DNA from: Pecten maximus
Taxonomy: Eukaryota
Assembly: GCF_902652985.1 (NCBI RefSeq)
Contig: NC_047023.1
Coordinates: forward strand, 11,842,001 to 11,906,000
Direction: 5' to 3'
DNA length: 64,000 nt
Position 1 is the first letter of the stretch. Every line of letters starts with the position of its first letter. The notes beneath the pieces were generated by a model. The model was not told where the DNA came from. It saw only the letters and a program-made list of their open reading frames with translations, and did not search any database. Shown here piece by piece: positions 1-12,652 of this stretch. The translations under genes were made by a program, and so were the position numbers.

Positions 1-206
1 AGACATTTATTGGAAACGTTTCGTTCTTATTTGATATAATAATTGCAGGGACGGTAGAATGCTCAGACGTATTAGCATTTCAATATATTAAAACCAATCC
101 TTAGTAAGGATATGGCTGTGATATTTCCCTGTATCCTAAATGACCTTGGCTGGACGTTAACGAATTCAACCAATACAAAATCCTGTACTCGGTAGCATGT
201 TTTTGT

Positions 207-444
207 AAATGTAAACATTTATTTAACAACAATTGCGAAACAAGTTATATCAACTTGTATCAATCACTCTTGTTGGCCCGGATGGAAGCATGCGAGGGAT
301 CTTAAGTTACTGTGGGAGGAGAACGGAGTATTTGGAGAAAACCCACGTGGTCGGGCAGGTGACCCCATACCTTGCCACGGCCGATTGAGGTGGGGAATCG
401 AACAAAGGCCGTCAAATTGAAAGGCAAGTGAACCATCCGACCAC
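207..444 (-). mobile_element. tRNA-derived SINE (degenerate)
   Basis: GGGAATCGAAC at ~393-403 reads as B-box GTTCGATTCCC on the minus strand. The body (GGAGTATTTGGAGAAAACCCACGTGGTCGGGCAGGTGACC) has a diverged second copy at ~28260-28485. Confidence 0.65.
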
Positions 445-562
445 TCTATTTTCGTACACTCGTGTACACATTAGGTACACACTATACAAGTACATTGTAT
501 TTATTACCTACGGAGAAACAGGAAATCAGCTTTGCTACTATGTTAGATTCTATTGAGGTCAA

Positions 563-1710
563 GTTGAGTGATTGTTGGGAGTACCCTAACAAAATGGTTA
601 ATAATTTGCAGACTTAAGTAGATTTAAAAATCAATTCGAATAGCTAAAAGTGTATAAATCCATTGTTATTTTGATACCAAATTTGTCATATTGACATAAC
701 GTAAGCATAGTGACAGATTTAATTAGAAAAAAAGCATGCAAAATTTCACAAAATAAAAAATATATGCAGGATTGTCAACTCCAGTATAGTTGTAATCACA
801 GTCTATATTTTCTACTTCAATAAAAACTTTCCGTTTACATGTATTTTCTACAGAATTAATTTGAGGATTTTTTTTTATTATTAGATTGCATTCTTTTTAG
901 AATGTCAAACACGTCCAATGCATAATTTCCAATAATCATGAATATTTTAGTATTATTGATTCTGTTTAAAATACCGACATGCTTTTTATATTTGTTTATT
1001 ACAAAACAACTGCATTAACTTTTACATAATTGTTTGTGATATGCAGCTGTAATAACTCACAAGAATGCATTCTTCAAAATAATCTGTCCTCTCAGTAACT
1101 ACTTAAGGTTGAGTAAGTGTTCATATACACGTACATGTATATACTTGTGTACATTGTCAATAAAGTTCTCCTTTTATTTAAATAATAGATATGTAATTAT
1201 CATTATGTCTTTCCCTATTTATCAGATAAAACATTAAGATATATTACATAAGTAGATATATATATACCTAACTCAAAACATTCAGGTATAGCAAAATATG
1301 ATGGCCTTGTCTGACGCCTAATGCAAGTCATAAATGGGTGTCTTAAAGTGGGCGCCAAGGTGATGTCATTAGTCCTTCACTTTTAAACTTTTAACAGGGG
1401 GAAATTGTGCATTGGACTTGTTAGACACGATAAAAAAGTAATTTACCGGTTTTGATATTTTTAAAATCAATTTTAGAAAAAAATCAAATAAAGAATGTGA
1501 TTACAACTATACTTATTTCTAATTTTTGTGAATTTTGCGTGTTATTCTTACTAAATGTATCACTACACTTACTTCATATATGTCGATATGACATATTTGG
1601 TATCAAAATAACAACACTTTTATACACTGCAAACTGTAAAAGATTATTTTCAAATTTTCATTAGCCCGTGAAAGTTATTTATCAGTGTGTTAGGTACCCC
1701 TTCACTCAAT
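563..1710. mobile_element. Foldback/MITE-like element with long (~240 bp) degenerate inverted arms
   Basis: ~563-815 is an inverted copy of ~1470-1710, e.g. GTTATTTTGATACCAAATTTGTCATATTGACATA vs TATGTCGATATGACATATTTGGTATCAAAATAAC. The ends TTGAGTGA..GGGAGTACC and GGTACCCCTTCACTCAA also match. Confidence 0.55.
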
Positions 1711-1921
1711 TGTGGTTAATTGTGACGTTACGCCATGGATACAGACATATACGAGAAAGTTCCATAGTCAAGAAGGAGTTTTTATCAATATTTACCAATG
1801 TATGCGGTAAACGTTGGCATATTTAGTATGAAATTGATCTAGAGATAGTATACTCAATTATATCATGGAGTGGAAAATCTGTAAAATATAACGAAAAGCA
1901 ACATCGGGAGTTTACGAAATC

Positions 1922-3120
1922 ATGGGGGCGCCGTAATAACCAGAGCAAAATCAGCTTCACATTCGGGAGCCAAACAACACAACACGAGCTCAGAGGAATC
2001 ATTCAAAGATGTTTTGACAGAGGAACAGAAACGCAGTAAAATATTTTCCAAAGACGCGTCAAAAACAAATGAATGTAAGCGATGTCATGATCTCTTCTGC
2101 ATTGGGTGTCTGGATCTTTCAAATTTAGACTCTAGGTAATTCTGTCTTCGCTGTAGAGTTGCGGTTGAACAAAAACTTCTGAAGGTCTGAAATTCGAAAT
2201 ATCGTTGAAGAAGAAGTTCAGAAAAACTTTAAATCGGAACAACTTCCGCGGACCAGAGATTAAATAATATCTGAAATGAAGGAAAAAGAAGGGAAGAAAA
2301 TAATCTGATATCTTTTTGAGTATTCAAACACTTGCTGGATATTTGTGGTGGCCATGGCAGCCAAGAAAAAGTACCTAGAAAGGAACTCCGATTAGGGAAA
2401 AAACCCGAGACAAACGATGTCATCGGAAGGAGTCGCAAATACTTGTTTCTTTTGATAAAACCATTCCGAAGAAAATGATCTTCGAAAAGATTAAAATTAT
2501 CAAGAACCACCACAAATTCGCCGTCATACAGGTAAGGTATGAAACGATCTTAGCAAATGCGAAAGAGAAAAAGAAAAGGAACTACGCGAGGAAGCTGAAA
2601 TGAAGGGAAAGAGAGGACACAGGGAATTGTATATATAGAGGTTATACAACGAGTGGTTGTTGGATATGGAATTTATTTCATTCGAGTAAGTTATTTTTAA
2701 AGTTAGTTAAAGCTCGTGTCTTTTGTAACTTTTAAAAAATAATTTACGAGTGTGAAATAAATTCTCTATCCAAAAATCACGAGTCGTGTAAGCTGTTACT
2801 ACCACAATGGTATCGGCTTGAATCAAAGGGAAACGTGGCCAAGTCTAATTTCGCGTATGCAGATAAGGTGTACAGGTGACTGCCGGTGTTGTGACTTCGT
2901 TCCTTATTGATGACGTCGATAACAATTGCAGCTTGAGTCAAAGTTCGAATTCTTGACCAATCAAAAGACCGGAAGGTCATATTCCACTATTGGAATATAA
3001 CATATGTATCCAACAGTCGGCATATTTATACAATGACATGAGAGTGGAATAACACAGCGTGTTGTGGTAGAAACCGTGTTAGATGCCCAACCTAGGACAG
3101 GAAAGTTGTGCGCTTTGATA
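1922..3120 (+). mobile_element. Fossil CR1/L2-type LINE ORF1 (PHD finger plus RRM/CTD remnants), interrupted at 2636-3073
   Basis: Manual translation across stops and frameshifts: ECKRCHDLFCIGC...*FCLRC (PHD-like, from 2071), LRLGKKPETNDVIGRSR/ILVSF, NDLSKCEREKEKELREEAE. Across the insertion it reads GNCIY|RVRCPT*DRKVVR, resembling the YRVRGPPW end typical of these ORF1s. Confidence 0.65.
2636..3073. mobile_element. Non-autonomous TSD-less hairpin element (Crypton- or Helentron-like)
   Basis: Starts TAGAGG, then a ~150 bp imperfect palindrome, then CTACCACAA (2799-2807) inverted at the far end as TTGTGGTAG-AAA (3062-3073). Removing it restores the LINE ORF1 frame with no duplication. Confidence 0.6.
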
Positions 3121-3345
3121 ATTCTGGCGATGTCTAAAGATTTTAAACTTACGATATGAACTGGTTGCAACAGTAGTTTCTAACTTTTATTGAGGAACTT
3201 TGTCACACAATATACATTCAACTACTTTTCAAAATATATACATATTATACGGATAACATATCACTTGAAAACAGTTTTGATGAATAATGATCAATTCCAT
3301 AGACGATATCTTGGATAAGGTAATTCCTTTACCTGCGTCCATAAT

Positions 3346-3476
3346 AATCTTATCTTATCTCGTCTTATCTTATCTCATCTTATCTTATCTCATCTCATCT
3401 TATCTCATCTCATCTTATCTTCTTTTATCTTGTTCTATCTTATCTTATCTTATCTCATCTCATCTTATCTTATCTC
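3346..3476. repeat. (TCTTA/TCTCA)n pentanucleotide microsatellite
   Basis: Directly visible tandem array. Confidence 0.95.
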
Positions 3477-4792
3477 AAATTGGTGTTATGCAAGGAGGAC
3501 CACTACGACTATCAGAAGTTATAATGACTAATCATTTATGTGGTTATGGTTCATTTTCATGCCTCTACAAAATGTGAAAAATAATTAAAGAAATTGAAGT
3601 GGGGGCAAATATTGACCCAACCTTTGTACACTATTGTCGTGGATATTGTCCTGAAACGTTACATGGCTCCGAGTTGGACCTCTTGTCTATTTTTCTGATT
3701 TTGTCATCTAAATAAGTTATGATTCGTATACATTGATAAGTATATACTTAAATTATCAGTAGACGATTGGTCGAGATTAGCATTTATTTGATAGACACTT
3801 CGACAGCGCAACGGATTCTATGGCTTGTACATTTTATTTTTGTCTTGTCACTTGAATTAGAGACTCAGGCCTGAACTAAAATATAAAAAAAGAAAGATAA
3901 AATAAATTGTCTTCTTTCTTAAATTACGTTTGTTTATTACACACGGGATTCAAGTCTACTTATTTTTTTTTTTTTTTTTTTTGCAGAATCCATTTGCTTC
4001 TTCTTACCGAAGATTTACCAGAGCACCATGCAAGTATCTATAAGGTTTCGAACGCTTATTATCCAACGGAAGTCTCAAATTACCACGTGCTCGTTACTTT
4101 CGTGTATTCACATGAACCTACACTTCCGGTGTAATGGCACATAATGCACTGACTACCTCATATTAAAGATTCATTCGGAACTCCGCCACAACCAGGGAAG
4201 TTCCCGATTGGTTATCCATGACAACCGGAAGTAACCATGAAATAATCACACCAAAGTTTGTTTTCAATTTCGGTAGTTCGGATACCGCCGTCATCTCTCA
4301 GACTGATGGATTTTGTTTTCGGAACCATTTATTGTGCACATCACTCCTGATACGACAGCAAAACAGACACATACATCATGCAGTTTGTTTTGTCTATGAA
4401 GATATCAACTTTCAAGGCTAAGGAAATTGCGTGTGATGTATTAACTGGTGCTAATGTGTGTGTCAACGTCACCGTCGTTGATATCCCTTTGAAACAGATG
4501 AATCATTGTTAATTAAACTGATAACAATGCTTGTTTGACATTGAATTTTTAATGAATATTAATTTTTGATATCACATATTAACAGATCTTTTTTTCTATA
4601 AAATTATCTATAAGAACTAACGTTGCTACAGATATGTGCACTGACACGTGGACAGTGTACACACGTACAATATACACGTTCACCATTATCCTTGTCACGT
4701 AGTGTACATACACGCATACATTATTGCCTCCTTGTCACAATGCACTTTAACAAGTTATGCCTAGTTTATTCGATACGATACGATAGTTATGG

Positions 4793-5151
4793 CATAGTGA
4801 CTGATTAAGGCCATCTCGTGTTGTCTTGTTTTCGACTTGTCTTGTTGGCGCCTGGTTGCTTTTTAGCGACAACCCTAAAATTAGTGGATAAAATGTATTG
4901 TTACGTTTTGAACTCGCGACAAGGCAACAACACGACATTTTGAGCACGCTAATTAGCGCGTACGGAATCTCGGGTTGTCGCAGTAAAATTTTATGTTATC
5001 GTCTTTTTGCGGTTTGAAAAAAAAGACGGCATTTTATCTATTAAATCTCGGGTTGTCGTAGTTTCTGAACGCGACAAAGCGACAAGACCACGACAACAAC
5101 ATGATAAGTCGACACCACAACAACACGAGACGGCCGTAATTAGCCATCATA
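4793..5151. mobile_element. MITE with ~55 bp imperfect terminal inverted repeats
   Basis: Left end CTGATTAAGGCCATCTCGTGTTGTC..TCGACTTGTCTTGTTG pairs with right end CAACATGATAAGTCGAC..CAACACGAGACGGCCGTAATTAG. Internal GCGACAA/TTGTCG sub-repeats. Confidence 0.7.
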
Positions 5152-7691
5152 ATATGGAAACCAAAGCATATTCTATCAATGGAAAAGAAAGCATTACTAT
5201 GGCTAGTAAACCCGGTTTCTAGTTACGAAATATAAGTGGAATCGAGACTCGTTGATACGTTTAAGAGACTACCAACTCTTAATTAATCTAATGTAATCAA
5301 TCATTGCCCTGGACACGTATCGACCTCCACATACAAGAGCGGATTATGTGGGACATCTAGATTGCTTCTTTTGATTACATGTGCATATCCATGTCTTCTA
5401 TTGTCCTCTCCAAACTCTTGACCGCTTCAGTGACCATTGTGACCATCGATCAAGTGCCACTCCGTTTCAGAAATAAATGCATATATATAGACTCTTATTC
5501 CAGTCCGTGTTGGGTAGAGAACACGCATCCTCGGAGGTGCAATGACTGATCCGGCAGCTGAAAACCCCTCACTTATCGTTGGCTATAGTGGCGCCCTCTG
5601 GTGAATCTCTGACGTCAGATAACCGGCAAAAGGCATGTCCGAACGGTCAAACTAGGTACAATTATTCTCCTAGTGGTCACTGACCGTGCTCTGCTCTAGC
5701 TGCCCGTCTCGACATAAGAAGCGAAGGACTAATGTCAAGGTCACATAATGAATATTCAACAAAATTACTATGGGCATTCACAAACATTGAAGGATAATTC
5801 AGTTGTGAACTTAATTAAGTAGTGAAGTATCCGCGTTAAAGATCAAAGTAACACTATCAAATGTATAAAAGTATTTTGAATCATTCAGCTAGATTACTAC
5901 ACAGTGCTGTTACAATCCTATCACCAAATTACTTCACTTAGACATAGCATATCATCAAGGCCAAAAAGTTTATTCTGTGTTAGGTTAATTATTATAAGAC
6001 AAATGTAAAACATCTGTATCTTATCAATTTCATGTAGTACTATGTTGTCCGTCTATGGTGCGAGTCTCAATGCATCATTTAGCAACATAAACGACCGAAT
6101 TTTTGCACGCAAATCACCATCACTGTCAACAATTATATGAAAACATGACATTCCTGTAAACAAAGACTATAAGTCCAAACTCAAAGCATTTCCAAAAGAC
6201 TAGCAAGGGAAAAAACAGATGATACGTTACGAAACTGCTGAAAAATGCTTTGCGAGACTGTGATTCGGAAGGGTTAGTACTTTATGAAGTCCCTATGTCA
6301 CCCATCATTTCTGGAAATTCTGAGATACAGGAAGCAGGTTTTAAATCACGGCCTATGTTGATATCAGTTGTATTCAGATGATTATGTTGAACGTATAAGA
6401 TGACGTTTTGGTATTAATACATTTTGAAGTTTTGATATTTTGTAAAGCAACTCATTTAGTTGTAACTGATTGTATACCCGACGGGAAATAATGCAGCTAT
6501 AGAATTAATAATTTCTTCGTCTTCATTACCATTACCTTAGTGTAGGGGAAGCAACTCCTACATTAACGGAAACATATTTTCTGTTTAGATGACGCCTGCG
6601 GCACGCGATTAGAACTTTCCGTATTACCGGAAAATATTAAGTTGTCGTCATATTAATACAATGCATATCCATGTTAGGTAAATTCACCTGAAAATATTCT
6701 CCGTGTTCTATTGCAAACTGTTTTGTTGACAAAAAAGTAGGCAATGGGATTGAATTCCAAGAAAATCAAGAAAAAACATACAATAAGAATTGTAATATAG
6801 TTGTTGTTGTTGTCAATCTCTGTTGACCTTGTCGAAGATAAACGAAAGGATTTACTAGGTACGCAAAATATTTAAAGTGTGGGTAAATTTTAAGTGCTTC
6901 AGCAGATAATCCTACCTGACGTTTGTACTATCCTTAAGTAGGTCATACCTGTCAAAGCATTCCATCGGTCAGAAAGAGGTCAAAGTTCAGTATAGACAAA
7001 TTGTATTTCTAGTACATGTAGTAAGGGAACCTCGTTTACCTGAAGTAGAATTTAAATAATAGCTCATGTCCGTAGTGGGTACAGAAGTCATTAACAAATC
7101 TGAAAACAAGATATTTCAGCGTCGTTACATGTTCCAAGTTTTGTAAAAAAAAAAAAAAAAAATGCTAGAACAAAATAGTTATAAGAAATTAGAAATAAAA
7201 GTTAAAAACAAATTAGTTATAAATTATAAGAGGTAGCATAAAATGCTTCCGTATTTTGAAATAGATCAATTTCTCAAATGCCAAGTACTTTTCCACATTC
7301 AAAGACTGTCAAGCTAGACTTACGAGAACACCGCCATTAACATTTATCGAAGCAAAATCTGATGTTGATATACAGCGTTTCCAATGGGTCAATTGTAGCG
7401 ACATCGCTTTCATGACTGATATAACTTTTCTGTGAAGACCTTTCTTTAGAATGCATTAACAGATTCATATGATATATTAATGAAATATATATACCCTATC
7501 CTTAACAACTGGTACTATTGAATGAAACATTAAACTTACTCCAAGACGAACTTTTACATGTTGAATGTTAGCATCATAGGTTCACGATAAGAGACGAAGT
7601 TGGAAAAGTATAATAATTTATTTGTTGTGTGTGACTTTATTGTTTGGAATATCTAGACATGATTTCCTTTTGGAAGAAAATTCGATATTTT

Positions 7692-7759
7692 TCGGGAATG
7701 TCATTATACATAATACATTAGAGGATCGGGAATGTCATTATACATAATACATTAGAGGA
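7692..7759. repeat. Perfect 34-bp tandem duplication
   Basis: TCGGGAATGTCATTATACATAATACATTAGAGGA x2. Confidence 0.9.
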
Positions 7760-9530
7760 CCCCTTATTAATGATAGAGCAAATAACTATTATCATACACA
7801 GCATTAGTAATAACAGTATTAATATTGATGAAGGGTTTCTATACCTGTAAAACCATTGTCTTGGTATGGATAAAATGAGAGCTTCAGGGTTCATGTAGGA
7901 CAGCAAATAGATTTAGGATAAATATAGGACAGCAAAGATTTAGGATAAATATAGGATAGGATAGCAAAAGATATTACTCGAAGGGGAATGCTTTGGCGAG
8001 GGTAAGACAATAAATTATCTTTTCCGAGGATGGTTTTTCCCAACCATCAAAGTAAGGATTTTCTTTATTTATTTTTTCCCGTACAACATGATGAAAGCAA
8101 ATACAGTATTAGCTATTGGTCACCAATATCAATGACCATTTTCCATGTAAAAAAAAAAGTAATGAAGTAATAACATTTTCAGTGCTAGATATGACTTTAT
8201 TAAGTTATTACGAAACAAAATAAATAATCTTTCTAATAGTAAAAGGGGAACAAGGAAATTTTATAACATATCTTTCTTACTTTTAGGTTCCGGGTACATG
8301 TTTGATAACAGACAATTCATGTTTGTTGTTTACCTTTGGCAGCCATGACTTTAGCTACCTGATTAGCACAGATATAATACAACCACATTAAGCACCAGCG
8401 TCTGATTGGCTAATTTCTTCACGTCCTGGCTTGTGGGCCTGCGCACTCGATTGTAAACAAAACTGGTTATACATCCGGAAAGTAAGCAAGAACCACACTT
8501 AACACCACCGTCTGTTTGGCTAATTTCTATGAGATCTAGATTTTTAAATGAGAGAAAATGTAACAATATTATGATGGTTGATTATATTATCTTTATTTAC
8601 CTTTTCATCGCAGCAAAAAAAAATATGCTCTTATAATGTGATGGTGCTTACTGTGGTTTTAACCCCGAAAAAAGTGCCACTATTATAGCATTTATATCTC
8701 AGTAGCATGTTCCGTGACAGATATTGATACGTAACCGGAAGTGCAGACAACTCTGTCCAGTGAGGTACAAAACTACATTCCTGGTCCTAAAACGGAAAAT
8801 GAGGATGACAAGAATTGTGTACTGAAAATTAAGAATGAGAGAAAAGTTGTCAGGTGGATCGACAAATTTGCGCCTCTGACGAGATCAAACTTCGTGTGTA
8901 CAGTCTTCAAAATTGAATAAGAGGCAGAAACATGCCAAATGCCAATAAGATTGCCCTGGCGAAGTTTAGGTGAGGGATGCATTTATATCCACTATGTTAA
9001 TATATGCGATGATCGCTTATCTTGTTGATAAAGGAGAGACCGGTATCACATTTATTAAGTTAATGTAAATGAAGGTGGATAATATTACTGCAATTTCAAA
9101 TGAAGTGATAAATCTTTTTAATCGAGACCCAGTTATAAGACACGTAATCGTCGTTTAAACTAATTAATAAATTAGTAATTACTACAGATTCAGTGTTAAC
9201 TACATTTAGCGTTTTACAAACCCATCGAGAATGTGTAGGTGTATACAGACTAAATCAATCGTGTTAATTACATTAATCATTTTTGACAAATCTCCGATTA
9301 CTGGTCATAACACTACCATCATATTTGTCATGCCCTCTGGCGGGAGATGACGACTAGATAGGGATTAGCTCAAACACTCTTGTGTTCATATCACTCTAGA
9401 TTGAAGGTGGATGTGCTGATTTATTTTATACCTGTATCCTATGCAATGACAGTTATATAAACCTAATATATATACTAGTGACGATATCCCGACGAACGTC
9501 CCATAGTAGAGGAATACAATGATTGGTGGG

Positions 9531-9596
9531 TGTTATGACAGCTAACCAAATTATCACGCGGCATACATGTTGACAATTTGGTTAGCTGTCATAACA
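9531..9596. repeat. Inverted repeat with 26-bp arms and 14-nt loop
   Basis: TGTTATGACAGCTAACCAAATTATCA ... TGACAATTTGGTTAGCTGTCATAACA (1 mismatch). Confidence 0.85.
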
Positions 9597-12254
9597 GTGG
9601 AAAAAACCGTGCCTAAGCAAGGGATTGCTAAAATTCAACAGTTTGACACACCGTCGACCATGCCGTTTTTGCAGACAGGAAAAACAAAGAGCAAACTAAA
9701 TGCGGACTAAATTCCGGATACTTAATAAAATAAAAACCGGTTACACAAATTCCGGAATTATAATTATTTATCAGTAACAGAACAGTGGGTTAACTGATAT
9801 ATATCTAATGCATGCATTGTCACTCTTCTATATCACCTTTTTGGATTCATTCTATGTACCAAATGAAAACCAACAAACAAACAAATAAAAAAAAAAAAAA
9901 AATCAAAATAACAAACAAACAAATTACAACAAAAATTACAAAACAAAAACAAAATAATATTGAAAAGTTATGTTGTCAATGTTTTCCTCCTCCCGTAGAA
10001 TGTATTTATATTTTAATTAACACAGGTGTATTAATTGTCATAAAGTATGTTTATCTGTTGATCTTTGTAGACAATTCGTATTATTTTCAGTAATGTCATC
10101 AAATGGTCTGTCGCTTCCTCGATGGATCTGCACAACAGTTGTATACGAGCTACACTATTAAATATTGCTTTTAGTCTTTGTAATTTTGGTTTCCATGTTT
10201 GAGAGCCTCGAGTAATACAAACATGCTTTTTCGAACTTAATTTACCTTATTACTTATTCTCGTGATTACGAAAAACTGAAAAGTCCGCCCATGCATTCAA
10301 TTGCAACATTGCACAAAAGGAAAGCAACATGCTTGCTTCCCCTATACTCATAACAGTTGTCGAAATGCAGTTTGATGAAGACCGCGGGATACTCGTTTGT
10401 GTTGTTTCAATATATATTTGGGTTTTTTTTTTGCTAATTGTTTGATTTTTGGTGTTATAATTATCATTTTTTTTTAGTTGTTTTTTTTTTTTTTTTTTTT
10501 TTGTACCCATTCAGATTATCATGTTGAAGTTGACTTGAATTGAATTTTGCCTAGATTTAAATTACGGGTGCCGTCGATGAAGTAGAAGTCGCTTATCTTC
10601 CGTACAACTGTAGCTATTACTCTCCATGTACATTTCATAATATGTATCCAAATTTGTTCCCTTCTTACCTTCGTTTTAACTTGAATTATTTTGAATTGGT
10701 TGGTATTTTCCTATTATTCAATGATGTTTAACACTTAATAAAACACTGGATCTACCCTTTCTTTCTCAACCAGACAGAACGATAGCGTTAAACTATATAG
10801 AATATCGACATAAATCCGAAATCATAATCCTACCTCAAATTCATTAATGCGAGGGCAAGCTTTGCATGTAGAGTTGGAGACCTTTGACAAAGTATATGGA
10901 GACTGCGTGTTCTGGAAGAATAGGCCTCCCCTGCTTCATTGACGTACCCGCAATACAAATCTAGGTCAAATCTGGGTAGGTCACATTCTCTAAAGCTACA
11001 TATACATCTAGCTATAGGGTTTTGTCAACGGCACCAAGGTCTTTAGACAGACTGTGCCGTGTCATCAGTGGCAGTAATCACTCTTCCGTTGTAATCAAAT
11101 AACTATTACCCATCTAGACACTTATTTTTAGAAAATATACGCTTTTTCTGCGACAGTTGGTGTTCATAAATATCGAGATAGAAATCGCTGTCATCACTCT
11201 ACTCTTCTTTTGAGAAAAGAAAAAATAATTTGTTTTGATAAAATATATCTACAGAATATTAATCCTTATGACTTTTTTGCCCGTATTTTCTTGTAAAATC
11301 ATTTGAATGATTCCGGAATCATTTGTAATTCAATCTAATGATAATATGATGACAATAATATATGCAATAATAAACATACATGAAAAATAATGACATAATG
11401 ATTTCGGCCTCTTTGGGTAAATATCTGCATTTTCGTTTTTAAAAAGTGTTTCGAAGCATTTTATACACTACTGGCAGCATCTGATATTGGGGCACTGACA
11501 TAATAGTTTTATAGTTATTATATATCTAGTACTTTGAACAGATTTACTTTTTCTCTGCGACACCTGGAGTCATGAACTGTCGCGATATAAATCTGTAAAA
11601 TCTGGTATAATGACTTCGGTTGTTTAGTTGTTGATGTTCTTCATGACAAACAGATTGTGTTTGCATAATTGTATTAAGGCTTCTAACGTAGAACGTCGTC
11701 AACAACCTTGGCTTTAATCTCAAACTATGTCTGTTTGTACACTCTTTAAAGCCCGTATAGTCTAATAACATGTATTTATAAGTAGATTTCTCGTCACCAC
11801 GCTGAACCACATGTGGTAAAGTGTGTTACGAAGTGAATTGTGGTGTTGCAAGGTAGCGGAAGCTTGTGTTGTCTTTCCTGACAAATCCACGTTTATCCTC
11901 AGACGATAGCTGCTATCTCAGTCGTTTATTGGCGGACAGGTCAGATATCATGTAAAGTAATCTTTAATTAAAGAATACTTCAACTACGTTATGGCTTGAA
12001 AAGATACCTCACGGACAAAAACACCTACTTTATTTACTGTGCGACCTATACATAAATATAAAGATTATCTATTTATATCTTCATGACAACAAACACGTAA
12101 TGACTTGAGCTATATTCTTGGGTACATATATTTAATATTATTTATTTCATGGAAATAAATATATTGTGTAAGATGAGTTTTGAACTTTTGTACTTAACAT
12201 TTTAATTGTTTTGATACTATTGTGTGAATCTATATGTAAAGTTAACTAATATGA

Positions 12255-12652
12255 GGCTGGCTCTAGATTATGGGATTAAGAGGATATTATTATTAGTCTG
12301 TGGTTATCACCCAGTTGCTGACCAGCTGTGGCTTATTATAGTTATCACGTGTCTTTGGACATGCATGCCCTATCCCTTAGGGAGTCATCATGCGTGATCA
12401 GTGCATGGGGGTCAGCATGACCCTTGCCGTGATAGCCCCGATTGACCAATCATATAGGGCGTGTATTCTACGGACCAATCCGAGATGTTCACCGCCCAGC
12501 GCGGATTCTGGCCACGCACCGCCATCTTACATTAGTTAAATATTTCCGTGCGCCTCCACGTGTTTTTCAGCTATTCACATGCTGTGGACATTTTGTGCTT
12601 GAAAAACCCACCCGTTTTTATCCCGCCCTTAATGTTAATTCTAGAGCCAGAC
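12255..12652. mobile_element. Probable MITE
   Basis: Ends CTGGCTCTAGATTA and TAATTCTAGAGCCAG are inverted. The interior is GC-richer and has two CCAAT boxes. Confidence 0.45.

Noticed and set aside
3287-3577. 96-aa ORF with LILSY repeats
   Set aside because: It is the translation of the (TCTTA)n microsatellite.
4205-4240. CCAAT + X-box + ETS motif cluster (also an ETS site at ~8733)
   Set aside because: No associated gene is evident, and such clusters are common inside transposon remnants.
10560-10990. Fragments resembling a bivalve Penelope/retrozyme-associated repeat (also ~6250, ~60010)
   Set aside because: Too degenerate to assign, and no hammerhead core (CTGATGA..GAAA) was found nearby.
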